Assembly (NCBI GenBank): GCA_030295235.1
Contig: AP026162.1
Location: 434,001-498,000 of the forward strand
Source: Fistulifera solaris
Taxonomy: Eukaryota
Direction of reading: 5' to 3'
DNA length: 64,000 bases
The position numbers and the translations under genes are program-made. Shown here in pieces: positions 26,349 to 38,100 of the stretch. Within the stretch, counting starts at the first letter, position 1; every line of letters begins with the position of its first letter. The notes under the pieces were generated by a model. That model was not told the DNA's origin, did no database searches, and saw only the letters and a program-made list of their open reading frames with translations.

Positions 26349-27114
26349 ATGAAAGTAATATTGCGTCACAGTTTAACATTGGCTTTCTTCTTGTATCGCG
26401 CCGACGCATGGATTGTTCCGCGGCTTTCGAATCGGATATTCATTCAATCATCCCGCTTATTCACCTCTTTGCCCGGCGTCATGTCATCTGAACTCCCTGC
26501 ACTGACGTTTGTGACGGGTAACAAGAAGAAACTTGAGGAGGTCAAACATATTCTTTCCTCGAACAGCAATCAACTTCCTTTTGAAATAACGAATCAAAAA
26601 ATCGATTTACCCGAGCTCCAAGGAGATGATCCAGTCGAGATTGCGAAGGAAAAATGTAAGCTTGCGGCAGAGCAGGTCCAAGGACCGTGCTTTACGGAAG
26701 ATACGTCTTTGTGCTTCTATGCCTTGAATGGTTTACCCGGCCCATACATCAAATGGTTTCTCGAAAAGTGCGGACACGATGGCCTCAACAAGATGCTGGT
26801 GGGCTTCAAGGACAATAGTGCTTACGCACAAACAGTTTTCGCATTTACGATTGGGCCTGGTCATCCTGTGGAAGTGTTTGATGGGAGAACTGAGGGGAAA
26901 ATTGTCCCCCCTCGAGGGTCTTTTGGATTTTGGGTGGGATCCAGTGTTCGAGCCACTGGAAGGAAATGGTAAAACGTATGCAGAAATGAGCAAAGATGAA
27001 AAGAATGCTATTAGTCACCGCAGTCGTTCATTGGCGAAACTCTCGGCTTATCTATCCGAGAATGCCGAATCGATCGCACAGGATCTTTCGGCAAAGAAAG
27101 CGCGTTCTTCTTAA
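26349..27114 (+). CDS. ITPA: Inosine triphosphate pyrophosphatase (Ham1/ITPA) with N-terminal presequence (frameshift ~26921)
   Basis: [47 protein letters not shown] and KNAISHR. Confidence 0.93.
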
Positions 27115-27484
27115 GATTGAAGCTTATAGACTTTGTTACTAATTATTGTATCTCGCTAAGGGGCGAGTTTCGTTTGCAACTAATTTCAGAAATGCATCCA
27201 AATCCATTCGGTTCAATCTCCCAAAAATTTACTATAGCTCAAAGTGTTGGCCGTATTCGCCAAGACTGAAATTCAATCACGAGACAAGTATTTAGTATGA
27301 AACAGAGAGTTGGAAAACAGGTTATGAGCTTTTATCGCAACAAACCGCCGTTCGATTTCGATGTTAAGTTAGTTGGCTGGCATCATCACAAACAAGAACA
27401 TCAACACATCATCACCATCATCGCACCACAAAACTTGTCAATTTGAAAGAACACTCCGTTTAACAATTTTGTCTATCTTTTTGT

Positions 27485-28546
27485 ATGATGCATAATCAGC
27501 GAACGATCAACAGTCAAAGACGGAATTCCTCGACTCCGGTCCGAGGCTTGCTCTTTTCCGTTTCTTTGTGTTGCATCCGTGTTACGGAAGGATTTGGCGT
27601 GCAACCAAACAAACTATGGGGTTTTATTTCCACAACACAATTAAATATCTTTGCTCCTCCTGGTTCAGGATACGCTAGTCTAGATGATGAACAGTCCGCT
27701 CTTCCGAATACGTATGAACCGATGATGGAATTTCCCGGAACGATGCGACCCGGTCGCACACCCGAAAAACATGCCCTTTCAAGATTTGCCCATTGGTGAC
27801 AATGACCCCGACCCCGTTCCGTGGCCCCATTTCCAACAAATTGAATGGCACCATCGTTGGGATGCACCCCATGAACACCCTATTCCGATGGAAGAATTTA
27901 TTGAACTGCAAGGTCGTTGGGTGACACCGGAGATGGAAGCCGAAATGCGAGTGGGAGCACGAAAGGGAGTGCGGGAACGTCGTGAGATGGAGGAATCGCA
28001 GAAGCGGGATAATGTTATTACAGATGACGACGATGACGATGATCTGGATATTCCGGTGGCTCTCGGAGATGGTATTTTCGGACAATTGGGTTCTTCCGCC
28101 GATCAAGCTGCAACTGCGGCCGCCACTTCGCCGAATCGGAAGGAACAAGAAGACGAAGAAGAAGACTTAGATGATGAGTTTGATGATTTCCTACTAGATC
28201 TTGGTCTGGATTCTGAAATGGAGGACGATTTGGATAAAAAGGGTCCCCAGAAAAGATTGTGCCTCGAAGTGTCGTGTTCGGTGGCGAAGACGATGATGAC
28301 GATGATGATGATGATATTGGTCTGTCGGCAGGTGGTGTAACGGCTTCGATCGATGTAGATGACGATGTCGACCTTGATCTGGGACTCGATGACGACGATG
28401 ATGTTGACGATTTGGACGGTACAGATACGGTTCCCTTGGAAGATTTTGGGGACAGTGATACTATGGACACTGACGATATTTTCGATGAAGGCGGCTTTGA
28501 TTTCGATGACGCTGATTTTGATATGGATGGTGGAGACATGTGGTAA
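27485..28546 (+). CDS. Hypothetical, probably plastid-targeted protein with a Pro/Trp/His-rich core and very long Asp-rich tail (frameshifts ~27767, ~28252)
   Basis: Signal-like LLFSVSLCCIRVTEG-F. Three ORFs join by single-A corrections. The C-terminal half is dominated by D/E. Confidence 0.6.
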
Positions 28547-28622
28547 AGGAAAAGGAATTAATTGCACTAAATTATTATCACAATTAGTAGAATTTTACAT
28601 CATGTATTTGTTGCCTTGTAGA

Positions 28623-29727
28623 TCAAATAGTGTCTTTCATTGAATCAATTTGCTGCATATCATCATTTTCAAGAAAACCAGGGTTTTCTCCGAGAAGACG
28701 AGCAAGTTGTTGAATGTGGTTCTTGTTGCTCGACCTCGGTATGACGCTCATCCCTTTCTGTAACGCCCAACTCAAAACAACTTCGGCGGTGGATCGCCCG
28801 TGTTTGTTTGCAATAGATTGAACAAGAGGACTACCTAGTACAGGGTTTCCAGATACAGAGCGGTGCTGTGTTCCTCTGCATCACCAATAATGAAGGGAGT
28901 CAGTTTGCAGTATTGAATAAGTTCTACGAACACCACGGTTGACTTACAAAGTACTATACGACACAAATTCAATATCGTGTTCCCGACAAATCCTTCTGAG
29001 TTCATCAGCTGGACGAATGGGATCGGCAAACGCCTGGACGACATCTGGTTTTCGGGGAGGAGGATCGCCATGCTGAATATCACCGCTCTCTTGTCGTTGC
29101 TTTACGAATTGTAGAATGTCCAAAAGTTCGTCCGGTCGTACATTTGACAAGCCGATTCGTTTCGCGGAGTGATCCAAGCCTACGACAGCTTCCATTGCTT
29201 GCCAAGCAGATCGGAAATCAAGAGTGGGAGGAGGATTATCACAACGAGGATGCCAACCTTTCCAACAAGCCGGGGCATGAATGTAGTAGACATCGAGAGG
29301 ATACGGAATCGATTTCTCCGTCGCAATTCCCGTGCTCTCATCTGTAACAGCTATCAACGTTTCATCACAAAAATCCCAAAAGCTCTTCTCGACTGGCGGC
29401 AGCATGAGCGCGAATGTCATCAAAGCTCGTCAAACTCCACGGTGGAATCTTTGTCGATATGCGAAGCTCTTCTACTTGACAGGATTTACCACAAAATTCC
29501 GCAGAAACACACGTCTGATCTTCCTCTTCGTTCGTCGGCTTGAAGAAATAATGGGAAAGTGCTCTTCCGACACTGGTTTGATCGTACCACCAATCTGCTT
29601 CGGCTGTATCAAACTTACGAAAGCCGGCTTCGAGGGCAAGACCGACAATGTCAAAGCACGATCCACCCAATGCGGCCGTCCCGAAACCAACACCAATGGC
29701 TGTAGAATTATTGTTCGTGTAGAACAT
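28623..29727 (-). CDS. Aldo/keto reductase (frameshift ~29372; intron ~28876-28947)
   Basis: VGFGTA, ALEAGFRKFDTA, ISTK, LDVYYIHAP, IGLSNV, SYSTLG and AEVVLSWALQKGMSVIPRS. The last exon was translated manually to TGA at 28623. Confidence 0.85.
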
Positions 29728-29786
29728 AAGAAGAGGTCGAATGAGGAGAAGGCAATAAAAGAATAACTGAAAATCAAAATCAAAAT

Positions 29787-30131
29787 GATTTCCTGGGAAC
29801 GCGAAAATACAACTGGTCCAGATTTTCTGGACCACGTGTAAAAGCCACACCCCACATTAACTGGGAACGTGAAAATAGAAGTGGTCCAGATTTTCTGGAC
29901 CCCGTGCAAATACAAGCCTCCCAGATTTCCTGGGTACGTGAAAATTCGACTGGTCCAGATTTTCTTGACCACGGTTAAACACCAATCACCCAGATTTCCT
30001 GGGAACTTGAAAATACAACTGGTCCAGATTTTCTGGACCACGTGTAAATACCACACTCCCAGATTTCCTGGGAACGTGAAAATACAACTGGTCCAGATTT
30101 TCTGGAGCACGTGTATTTACCACACGCCCAA
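29787..30131. repeat. Tandem array, 5 copies of a 68-69 bp unit carrying two palindromes each
   Basis: GGTCCAGA starts at 29815, 29883, 29952, 30021 and 30090. Units contain GGTCCAGA-TTT-TCTGGACC and CCCAGA-TTT-CCTGGG, with small variations. Confidence 0.95.
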
Positions 30132-30427
30132 ATTACTTATTCAAATGAATCCAGCAAAAACACCGCCGATTCAAATCGATTGAGGCTCTCAACGTGTCTG
30201 CGTTGATACTTAAGGGGGAGCGAGTTGTTTCGCAATGTAGTTATCTTGCGGGTGGTATTGGTTCTGACACAATTCCAATTGCTGTTACGACTGTAAACCG
30301 TTACATCTCTAATGCCGCGGAGAAGGACATAAGCTACAATACCAGTACTAATTAAAAAATGAACTCTGATAGAATACTTGCTGTTGTCCAAAGATTGATT
30401 AAAACCTCAGGAAAACGGCTTATCTCG

Positions 30428-30856
30428 TTAGTCGGCGCTATTTCCCGAGCGCGCGTTGCTCGAGTTGGATGCCTGACTAGGTCTTTGTAGAGTCGGATGA
30501 GTAATGAACTGATCTAATGCTAGATCAGACCAGCCTTCTTCCCGGCGCCGGCGTTCTGTAGCATTGTTGGCCGCCACCGAAGAGTTACCGGTCGGTGAAA
30601 CAACAATCGCATCTGCGTCCAGTTCCCCTTCTTCCAACAATGGCGCGACAATTGCTTCATGTCTCGAAATGGGAATATCGTCATCCTCGAGTCGATCCAG
30701 TTCCCATGCACTCGCGCCCGTCCAGAAATGTTGATCGTCGTCGATCTTGTCATTGTCGTCCACCAAAAGAATATTCGGACGACCAGCTGCCGGTCGAGCG
30801 AATGGTCTGCGATGTCTCGTCACAGCGACATAGTTGCTATCTGATGGTTGCGGCAT
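30428..30856 (-). CDS. Hypothetical acidic/disordered protein
   Basis: ATG-initiated 142-aa ORF flanked by AT-richer intergenic DNA. No recognisable motif. Confidence 0.45.
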   Translation of the reverse strand: MPQPSDSNYVAVTRHRRPFARPAAGRPNILLVDDNDKIDDDQHFWTGASAWELDRLEDDDIPISRHEAIVAPLLEEGELDADAIVVSPTGNSSVAANNATERRRREEGWSDLALDQFITHPTLQRPSQASNSSNARSGNSAD

Positions 30857-31156
30857 TTATATGTTGCGCGAATATAAACAGATAAGAGGGTAATGTGCTT
30901 AATAAGTATTCGAAACTGCTGTCGAACCATCAGAAAATGGCAGCAGCTTGTTTTTCGAACGGCAACGCAAGAATAAGAAGATGCAAAACTGACAGAAATC
31001 GCACCGGTACGCAAAGTATGGGAGAGACCAAAAAAAATATTCTAAGGCTCAAAGGTCGGAACTCTAGACCTAGGTCTACATTAAAAGATAGAGATTATAG
31101 AGTCAATATTTTGTAATGATCAAAATGAATTAAAGTAAAGGGTTTCGACAGCCACA

Positions 31157-34100
31157 TTACGCCCAGTGAGGGATTACTCTTGGATCAACGTCTTTAAGGA
31201 AATTTACAACACGGCCAAATCCTCTTGGCTGCTCGTCCCTAAGCCGTGTTGCTAGTCTTGGGATTGCTTCTGTGAATAAAGTAGAAAACTGCTCGGTTAC
31301 ATCCATATCATCACCTTGAGTGAAGATGTTGATATCCACATGGCTTCTGCCATCCCATAAGACGATAGCGTTTCCCCCGTGCCACAGGAGGACGTTAATA
31401 CTGCCATCCCCGATGCTGATCTCGAAAACTTCTGCCTTAGCCACTGCCTTATCGTCTATCGACCGAACGACGTCCCTGACGGCTTCTTTAACAAGGGCAC
31501 GAGTTAACACAAAGGGTCATCTGTCCGAGGCACTTTCTCGACGATTTTTTTGACTTTCTCCTCTCCGTCAACAATGATGGTTTTTTCCGTAACAACCTTG
31601 TCAATTATAGGTTCGACCTCGAGCTGAAGAACCGTTTGTCTTCCGAGCGGTTGCTGGGAGTTCCATTGCTGGAGAGGGGCGCTTTGATCGTAGTCTTTTG
31701 GAAGGAAGAACTGGGAGGGTTTGAACTTTGGTGTGTACCTGAAAAGACCACCTTGCACATTGCGAACGTCCGCTTCTAACTGTGTATCCTTTTCTATACT
31801 TTGAGAAACGCTAAGCAGTCTTTCAAAGAATCGTTCGTCTCCGGAAGACACAACGCCCATTTCCAAGCTGCTATCAGAACTGTTGAAGAAAACTTCGGCG
31901 CGGAAGACTGGTTCGAGAACGATAAAATCCCTTCGGAAGCGGTCCAAAAGTGCCCTTCTCCATTCCTCTGTTAAGTCTAATGAGTTGGCGATGACCAGAA
32001 CATCGTCTGCGAGTATCTCCTCTCTTGTGAACCTGCTTCTGAAGACCCTATGTATGATTTGGCCAAACTCATATGAGACAGCGTCATCCAATACAACAAC
32101 ACGGAACGCCTTGGCTTTAGCGGCTTCCGTAATGGTCGACAGTACTTCCTTCTCGCAGGCGAGCTTCGCGCTTAGAGCGTACTCGTTCTTTAGATTGATT
32201 CCTTGGCAAGTCCACACGGGAACCACCGTTCCCTTCGCTGCTTCCTTAAGAACTTCTAGGCTGTTGCACACGGAGCTTTTGTCCCCACAGAAAACAAGGG
32301 CACTGTAGTCGGTGTCCTTAACTAGTTCTAAGGCTCTCTTCAATACCGTTTTTGAGACCTGACTATCCTCGGGGGACTTGCGGGCCACATCTGTTTTTGA
32401 ATTACACTCTCGTGTGAGTCGAGGTCCTCGACTCTTTTCATCTTGTTTCCACGACTGTATGCCGAACATACCACCCGCAACAATGCGGTAAGATGAAGAG
32501 GAGTGTTCGCCGCTAGTCCCTGTCAATTGAATTGCAGCTTTCTTGATACTCTCATGTGCATCGAATTTAGCCCACATGTGGATATCAAACGCACAATAAT
32601 TATGCTGCGGCCATCGCCTGGCTACTACGTAACCCTCCTCAAGTAGAACAACAACGGCAGCACCTGCCGATTCCGTCGATTGCGAAAAAGCTTCGACCAC
32701 TTTGACTCCAACAGCTTGCAGAGAGGACACGAGTGCGCTCTGGAATTTTTCCGTCGATTCGAGAAGAGCCGCGGCATTTTCCGTCTCGAGGACCATCAGA
32801 ATACCCGGGCTTCGCTTTTGCTCTGTTATCTCTTCTTCAACGTCATCAGGGTTCTTGCAAGTTTTTTGCAAACTGGCTTTCTTCTTTCTTCGGTAATCGT
32901 GCCAGCTTTCAAATTGGAACTGACTGTCGTCGAAAGGGCTAACGAAAAGATTAGGTCCGGTCTCATGGTTAATAGGGTGTTTGTACAACATGTCATTTGC
33001 GTAGCTTCCAAAGACCAAAGCTTGAGTGCAAATCACGGGAACATCTCTGAAATGAACTTGGACCGTGTAGTCAAAAATTTCACTAAACTTTTCGAGGTAC
33101 AACTCATTCTTCACAATAATGCCGTCGGGTTTCAATAAGAGAGCAAGAGCGCCAAAGATATCGAGTCCATCTGTGACTGTCATGGACATTACTGTTTCGC
33201 TTAAATCCACGAGGACCATGTCAAAAGAACCAAAGTAATCGCTAGGAAGCATCAAAAGGCTCTTGGCGGCGTCTCCGTACCACCACTGAACTTTCTCGTT
33301 ATCCCAATGTGGCTGCGTTCCAAAATGTTTGAAGCTTCCTCTCGTGACTTGCTGGTCCAATTCCAATCCAACCACCAACTCCAATGAAGGGTATTTGATG
33401 ATTTCATGCAGCAACATCGAATCACCGCCACCAACAAAGAGCACTCGCTTCACTGTATCAAAGAAACGAGCTGTATAGTGGACTACCATTTCGTGGTAAT
33501 GAGCGCGATAGCTACCGCAAATCTGTACAACGGTATCAAGTTCAAAGCATGTGTCCTTGTTCTCCGGATTGTGAAAGAATGCAATCTTCTGATAGAGCGA
33601 CTGGGTAACCTCCAATACTTTGTATTTGGGGAATTCCATGGTTCGACCTTGTTTACAAAGATAGGACGTATAGTCTAAATGATCCCGTTCTTCCTGCAGA
33701 GCATCGTATCGAGGGCGACGACTTTCGTCTCCTTCGAGAAGCACTTCGCAAGACCCAGAGCCGTTGTTGGTCATGTCCGTACACTGGTGATCCAACTCGT
33801 TGGCCGATTCAATGGCATGAGCGATAGCGTTCATCAACGCATCCAGAAATTGTCGACACATTAGTTCTTCGTGTGCTGGCACGTTCAATTCCTCCTGAAA
33901 ATCAGCCCTATAAACATCTTCCAGGCGAAGGAGTTCCCCTTCCAGAAATTCGATTCCATCGTCCGGAGGCTCATCGAATAACCACGTGACTTGCATAACT
34001 GTGCTGACCTCCCCTGCTTCGTTGGTATGTTCGACTTCATCTATTTCAAAGCCAAGATTGTCGTACTGATGAAAGATCCATCTCTGCGGATACTGTTCCA

Positions 34101-34884
34101 CAAAACCATAATCGCGAAGGATCTCCGGAGTTCCGTAATCACTGTCGCGCGAACCACAATCCACGCAAAAGTTGTAGGACGTATACAGTTCTTCACCAGG
34201 CTGAATGTCACGCGAGGCTCGCACGGTCACATCGTTCGTGTTGTAGTGGACGGATTCGCATTCCGTGTTCAACCATTTGCCATTCCGATGACTCAACATG
34301 TCGTACACTGGAATCAACACATCATCCCAACTTCGCTGTAGAACGATAAGATACGCATCTTCCGTGAGATCATCCGAGTACGGATCCTTGCATTCTTCTT
34401 CAAAGGTATATCCAAAAGGAACTTCGGGAGGCAAGAATTGTGCGTCTTCGTGGCGATCGACGAGGATTTTCTCGAGCAATTCTTGACCTTCTTCTGACCA
34501 GCCGTTCGGAAGTTGTCCGGTGGGTTGATCGAGTAAATAGTTGACATACGGTGCGTATTTCGATTCTTTTCCCAATCGCATTTCGCGTACCAAATGCTTC
34601 ACCGTGTAGCATTGGTCCTCGTAGCCTTCGGCGGTGATGAGATATTCACGAGGTATGACGAACAATGTCGCATTTGCGGGTATGAAAGTCGTCGCAAATG
34701 CACCAAACGGAGAAGACAAATCTTCGGGATTGTAACGTCGAATTTCGATACCTTCATGAACAAAGCCGGTCGGAGCATCTTTCACCCACTGCACAAGAGC
34801 TCGTACATTATCTCCCATTGGATCTTCCGCGGCCCGGATTCTCTGGGAGAACAACAATACTATGATCGACTTGAGCCATATCAT
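31157..34884 (-). CDS. Multidomain fusion: signal peptide + SET methyltransferase + aminopropyltransferase (spermidine synthase fold) + two degenerate AdoMetDC-like domains (frameshift ~31512)
   Basis: SET: FGAFAT, IPVYDMLSH, ASRDIQPGEELYTSY, LRDYGF. Aminopropyltransferase: YHEMVVH, RVLFVGGGDS, LELD, GDA, FDMVLVD. AdoMetDC-like: VVVLLEEGYVVARRWPQHNYCAFDIH and VLLWHGGNAIVLWDGRSHVDINIFT. Confidence 0.85.
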
Positions 34885-35348
34885 GGTGTTTCTTTTTTCT
34901 TTACTGTAGCATGTAGCTACGATGATGAATGATTTGTTTTTATCAGTATTCAAAGCTTTGATTGCACGAGCTTTTCTTCATTTATGTCATTGTCTTTCAT
35001 CGCTTCATCGCGCATCTTTTATTGTTGTCGATGGTTCGGATTTCTCACACGTGCACATTACCATGAAGAGTGTTTTTGGACTATGGTATGACTGTACTAT
35101 GTACCCCTGAGGTTTAAAGGATGTACAGTCAGATTGTTAAAAATGAAACGTGTATGTCTTTCAACGGTTAAAAATTGGCGAACCATCCCGACCGTCCGAT
35201 AGTCGTCCGTGGCGCACCTCTGCACCTCACCCTTCATCGACCAAGAAAACAAAAGAATGAAAAACCGCTTTTCCATAAAACACAATAATAATTCGAGGGA
35301 CTCGCATCGTCCTCATTCGTCTGCATTTGCTGATAAAGCATATTCATA

Positions 35349-38063
35349 ATGATAGACCCGCATATTGAAGACAGTGATGATGATTCTGGTTTTGGTTTGG
35401 CGAACTTGGATTTTCATGGTGTCGATTTTGATGCGGCAGAATTGACACATGCCGAAATGAATGCTTTGAATTGGGAACGGCAACTTCCATTTCACGCTGC
35501 CTCGCTTCAATTTGACGACAAATCTCAAAATGACTTGAAAATCATCAAAGAAATAGAGGAACTTTTGTCTACTGGTCGCTATGTCGATGTTTTGAGGGGA
35601 ACAAAAGCACAAGAACTTTTTCGGGGATACACACAAGGGGTTTCACCCTCCGAGTATCTTCGACAGCAAGTTCATTCGCAGGGGCAGACTGTTTTGAGTT
35701 GTATAGAAATCGAGTGCATAGCTGTTGCGGCCTTGAACCTCTTTTTGCAAGCCAACTACACCGGCCCTTCTCTGGAAGTTTCGGACGTGCTTGACATCAA
35801 TCCACACGCGTGTTTCTCCGAATGGCGGGATTTATCCGTTATGGAACCAAAGAACACCACTGATGAAACAAAAGAAGAGAAGAAGTCTAGTGTTACTAGC
35901 GGGAAAAGAAACAACGCCTACCAGAATGCAATCTTAGCAGAATTAGCGGTGGATGGTATATGGCCGGTTCAGGTATGTCAGGTGTCGTACTTTCTCTGGT
36001 TGGCGCGCACCATCTTGGCAGCGTTAAATGATTCTCAAGCGCCAATCTACGAGTATTCACGACACTTGAAGGGTCTTTCTCTTTGGAAGAGTCGTTCTAT
36101 TGTGGCGCACGAGCGTTTATTACATTCACGCGAACCATCACAAACGTTATGGGTCGAAGCGCAGAATACGTTTCGGTCGTGTCTTGAGATCTACTGTGAC
36201 ACAAGTTCCCCTGAGTATCGCAGTGAAGGTGCTACGGTGATGTTGGAATGGGGTCTGGCGCAATTTCATTTTCAGAAAAAATCTCTTCCTACCTTCCGAA
36301 AAGCACAGAATCTATCGGGGTTGACGGTCGAGGTTACTGGCTCCATTGGTAAACGAACCAAGTTCCAACAAGAAGCTACCGCCCAACTGTTAGTCCGAGC
36401 CCAATCTACGGTTCCGGCATCCGAAACAACTCCGTCCAAAAACACGGCCTCGCTCCAGCGTGTCGAACATTCCAATGACGAAATCTTGCTGGAGAAAATT
36501 CAATTTGACGATGAACGTGATATGGAGATCAAGCCCTTGACCATTTTAGACCAGTCTATTTTGATGGCATTCTGTTTGGATGTCAAAGAAAGCAATGCGG
36601 CCGACGAACTCACGGCAGAAGAAATGGGTGCTTATCTAGCCCGGGTTTTGGATCATCACGATGATTGGATGGTGTACTCTACGGCGTTGTTGGAACGATC
36701 GTGGCTCGAGTTTGAACGAACACATGCCCGAGAACGAGCCATATTACAGATCCAGGCTTTGGTGGATCAACACACCAATCGACTGACCATTACCCAGTCG
36801 ACGGTGAAAAGTATCGAAGAGTCTGCCCCGGTACAGGTTCGACTTCGAAATCTGCACTTGATTGTGTATCCACCGCGATGGTCGATGATACAAGACTTGG
36901 CGGATCGGTACGCCAAGCTAGGGATTGTGACCAGTGCCGCAGAGTTGTACACCGATATTGAGTTTTGGAATGATGTCGTGGATTGTTATCGCCGCGCCGG
37001 CAAAATGGCGACAGCCGAAGCCATTGTTCGTGAACGTTTGGAAATGGAAGAGTCTCCTCGCATGTGGGAGGCCTTGGGTGACATTACGAACGATCCAACG
37101 TGTTTTGAAAAGGCTATTGAAGTGTCACACGGCCGTTATTCCAGTGCTTTCTTGGCGCTCGGCTCGCATTACTTTGAAAAGGGACAGATCGAGACGGCAG
37201 CAGAATATTATGAGAAGGCACTGAAAATTAGACCGCTTGTAACATCCGCATGGTTTCGCCTCGGCACAATTCAAATGCAACTAGAACATTGGGAGGCGGC
37301 TTTGCGGGCATTCTCAGAAGTCGTGCAGCAAGAGCCAGAGGAATACGATGCGTGGGCTAACGTTGCCGCGATTCACATGAGACAACGAAGACCAGCGGAA
37401 GCTTATCCAGCGTTGATGGAGGCGTTAAAGTACAACCGGAACAATTGGAGAGTATGGGTGAGCAAATTATACACCTGTCTTGATTTGAACAAGTTCGACG
37501 AAGCCGTTCAAGCCTGTGAGATGCTGCTCGATCTGCGGAAAGCCAAACAGGCTTCCGATGGCATCCCTCCTCTGGAAGAGCGTTGCGTGCGAGCGATTGT
37601 CGGCGGGACGTTGAAAGAGTTCGAAGCTAGTGCTGGTAATGAAATCCAATTAGATTCTTGTAGAAGGACATTATCGCGTGTCCATGCGCTGCTGGAACGA
37701 TTAAGTACCTCGTCGGATGCCGAACCCTGGATGTTTGAGACAATGGCTGTGTTCAACCAGGCAGTAGGACAAAACGAGGAAGTTCTCGACAATTTGCTCA
37801 AAGAATACCGATCTTTGCAAGCAGTGGCGGGCTGGGAAAAGGATGATAAACTTGTGATCAAGATTTGTCGAGTTGCATCGCAGATTAGCAATCTGTACTG
37901 TCAGAAGGGTGACAAACAGAATTTGACCAAAGCACGCTTTCTAGTGCGCGGAGTCAATCAAAAGATTGAAGCGTCGCGACCAGGAGACAATACTATTCCC
38001 GAAGAAGTTCTTCAGCTTTCCAAAGTGATGGATGAAATCGAGACAAAGCTAAGCAGTCTCTAA
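35349..38063 (+). CDS. TTC27: TPR protein TTC27/Emw1-like
   Basis: FLQANYTGP, GKRTKFQQ, DWMVYSTALLERS, ERAILQIQALVDQ, TPR repeats and NWRVW. Confidence 0.85.
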   Translation: MIDPHIEDSDDDSGFGLANLDFHGVDFDAAELTHAEMNALNWERQLPFHAASLQFDDKSQNDLKIIKEIEELLSTGRYVDVLRGTKAQELFRGYTQGVSPSEYLRQQVHSQGQTVLSCIEIECIAVAALNLFLQANYTGPSLEVSDVLDINPHACFSEWRDLSVMEPKNTTDETKEEKKSSVTSGKRNNAYQNAILAELAVDGIWPVQVCQVSYFLWLARTILAALNDSQAPIYEYSRHLKGLSLWKSRSIVAHERLLHSREPSQTLWVEAQNTFRSCLEIYCDTSSPEYRSEGATVMLEWGLAQFHFQKKSLPTFRKAQNLSGLTVEVTGSIGKRTKFQQEATAQLLVRAQSTVPASETTPSKNTASLQRVEHSNDEILLEKIQFDDERDMEIKPLTILDQSILMAFCLDVKESNAADELTAEEMGAYLARVLDHHDDWMVYSTALLERSWLEFERTHARERAILQIQALVDQHTNRLTITQSTVKSIEESAPVQVRLRNLHLIVYPPRWSMIQDLADRYAKLGIVTSAAELYTDIEFWNDVVDCYRRAGKMATAEAIVRERLEMEESPRMWEALGDITNDPTCFEKAIEVSHGRYSSAFLALGSHYFEKGQIETAAEYYEKALKIRPLVTSAWFRLGTIQMQLEHWEAALRAFSEVVQQEPEEYDAWANVAAIHMRQRRPAEAYPALMEALKYNRNNWRVWVSKLYTCLDLNKFDEAVQACEMLLDLRKAKQASDGIPPLEERCVRAIVGGTLKEFEASAGNEIQLDSCRRTLSRVHALLERLSTSSDAEPWMFETMAVFNQAVGQNEEVLDNLLKEYRSLQAVAGWEKDDKLVIKICRVASQISNLYCQKGDKQNLTKARFLVRGVNQKIEASRPGDNTIPEEVLQLSKVMDEIETKLSSL

Positions 38064-38100
38064 GCACGATAATGGACGACAAATTTATCGAATCATAGAT

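Noticed and set aside
29787..30131. CRISPR-like appearance (palindromic repeats with intervening sequence)
   Set aside because: The intervening segments are themselves homologous between units rather than unique spacers, there are no cas genes, and the context is eukaryotic.
29472..30183. ORFs with 23-aa repeats (KIWTSCIF / KIQLVQIFW)
   Set aside because: These are by-products of a 69-bp unit. They are open on both strands, and the conserved feature is DNA dyad symmetry.
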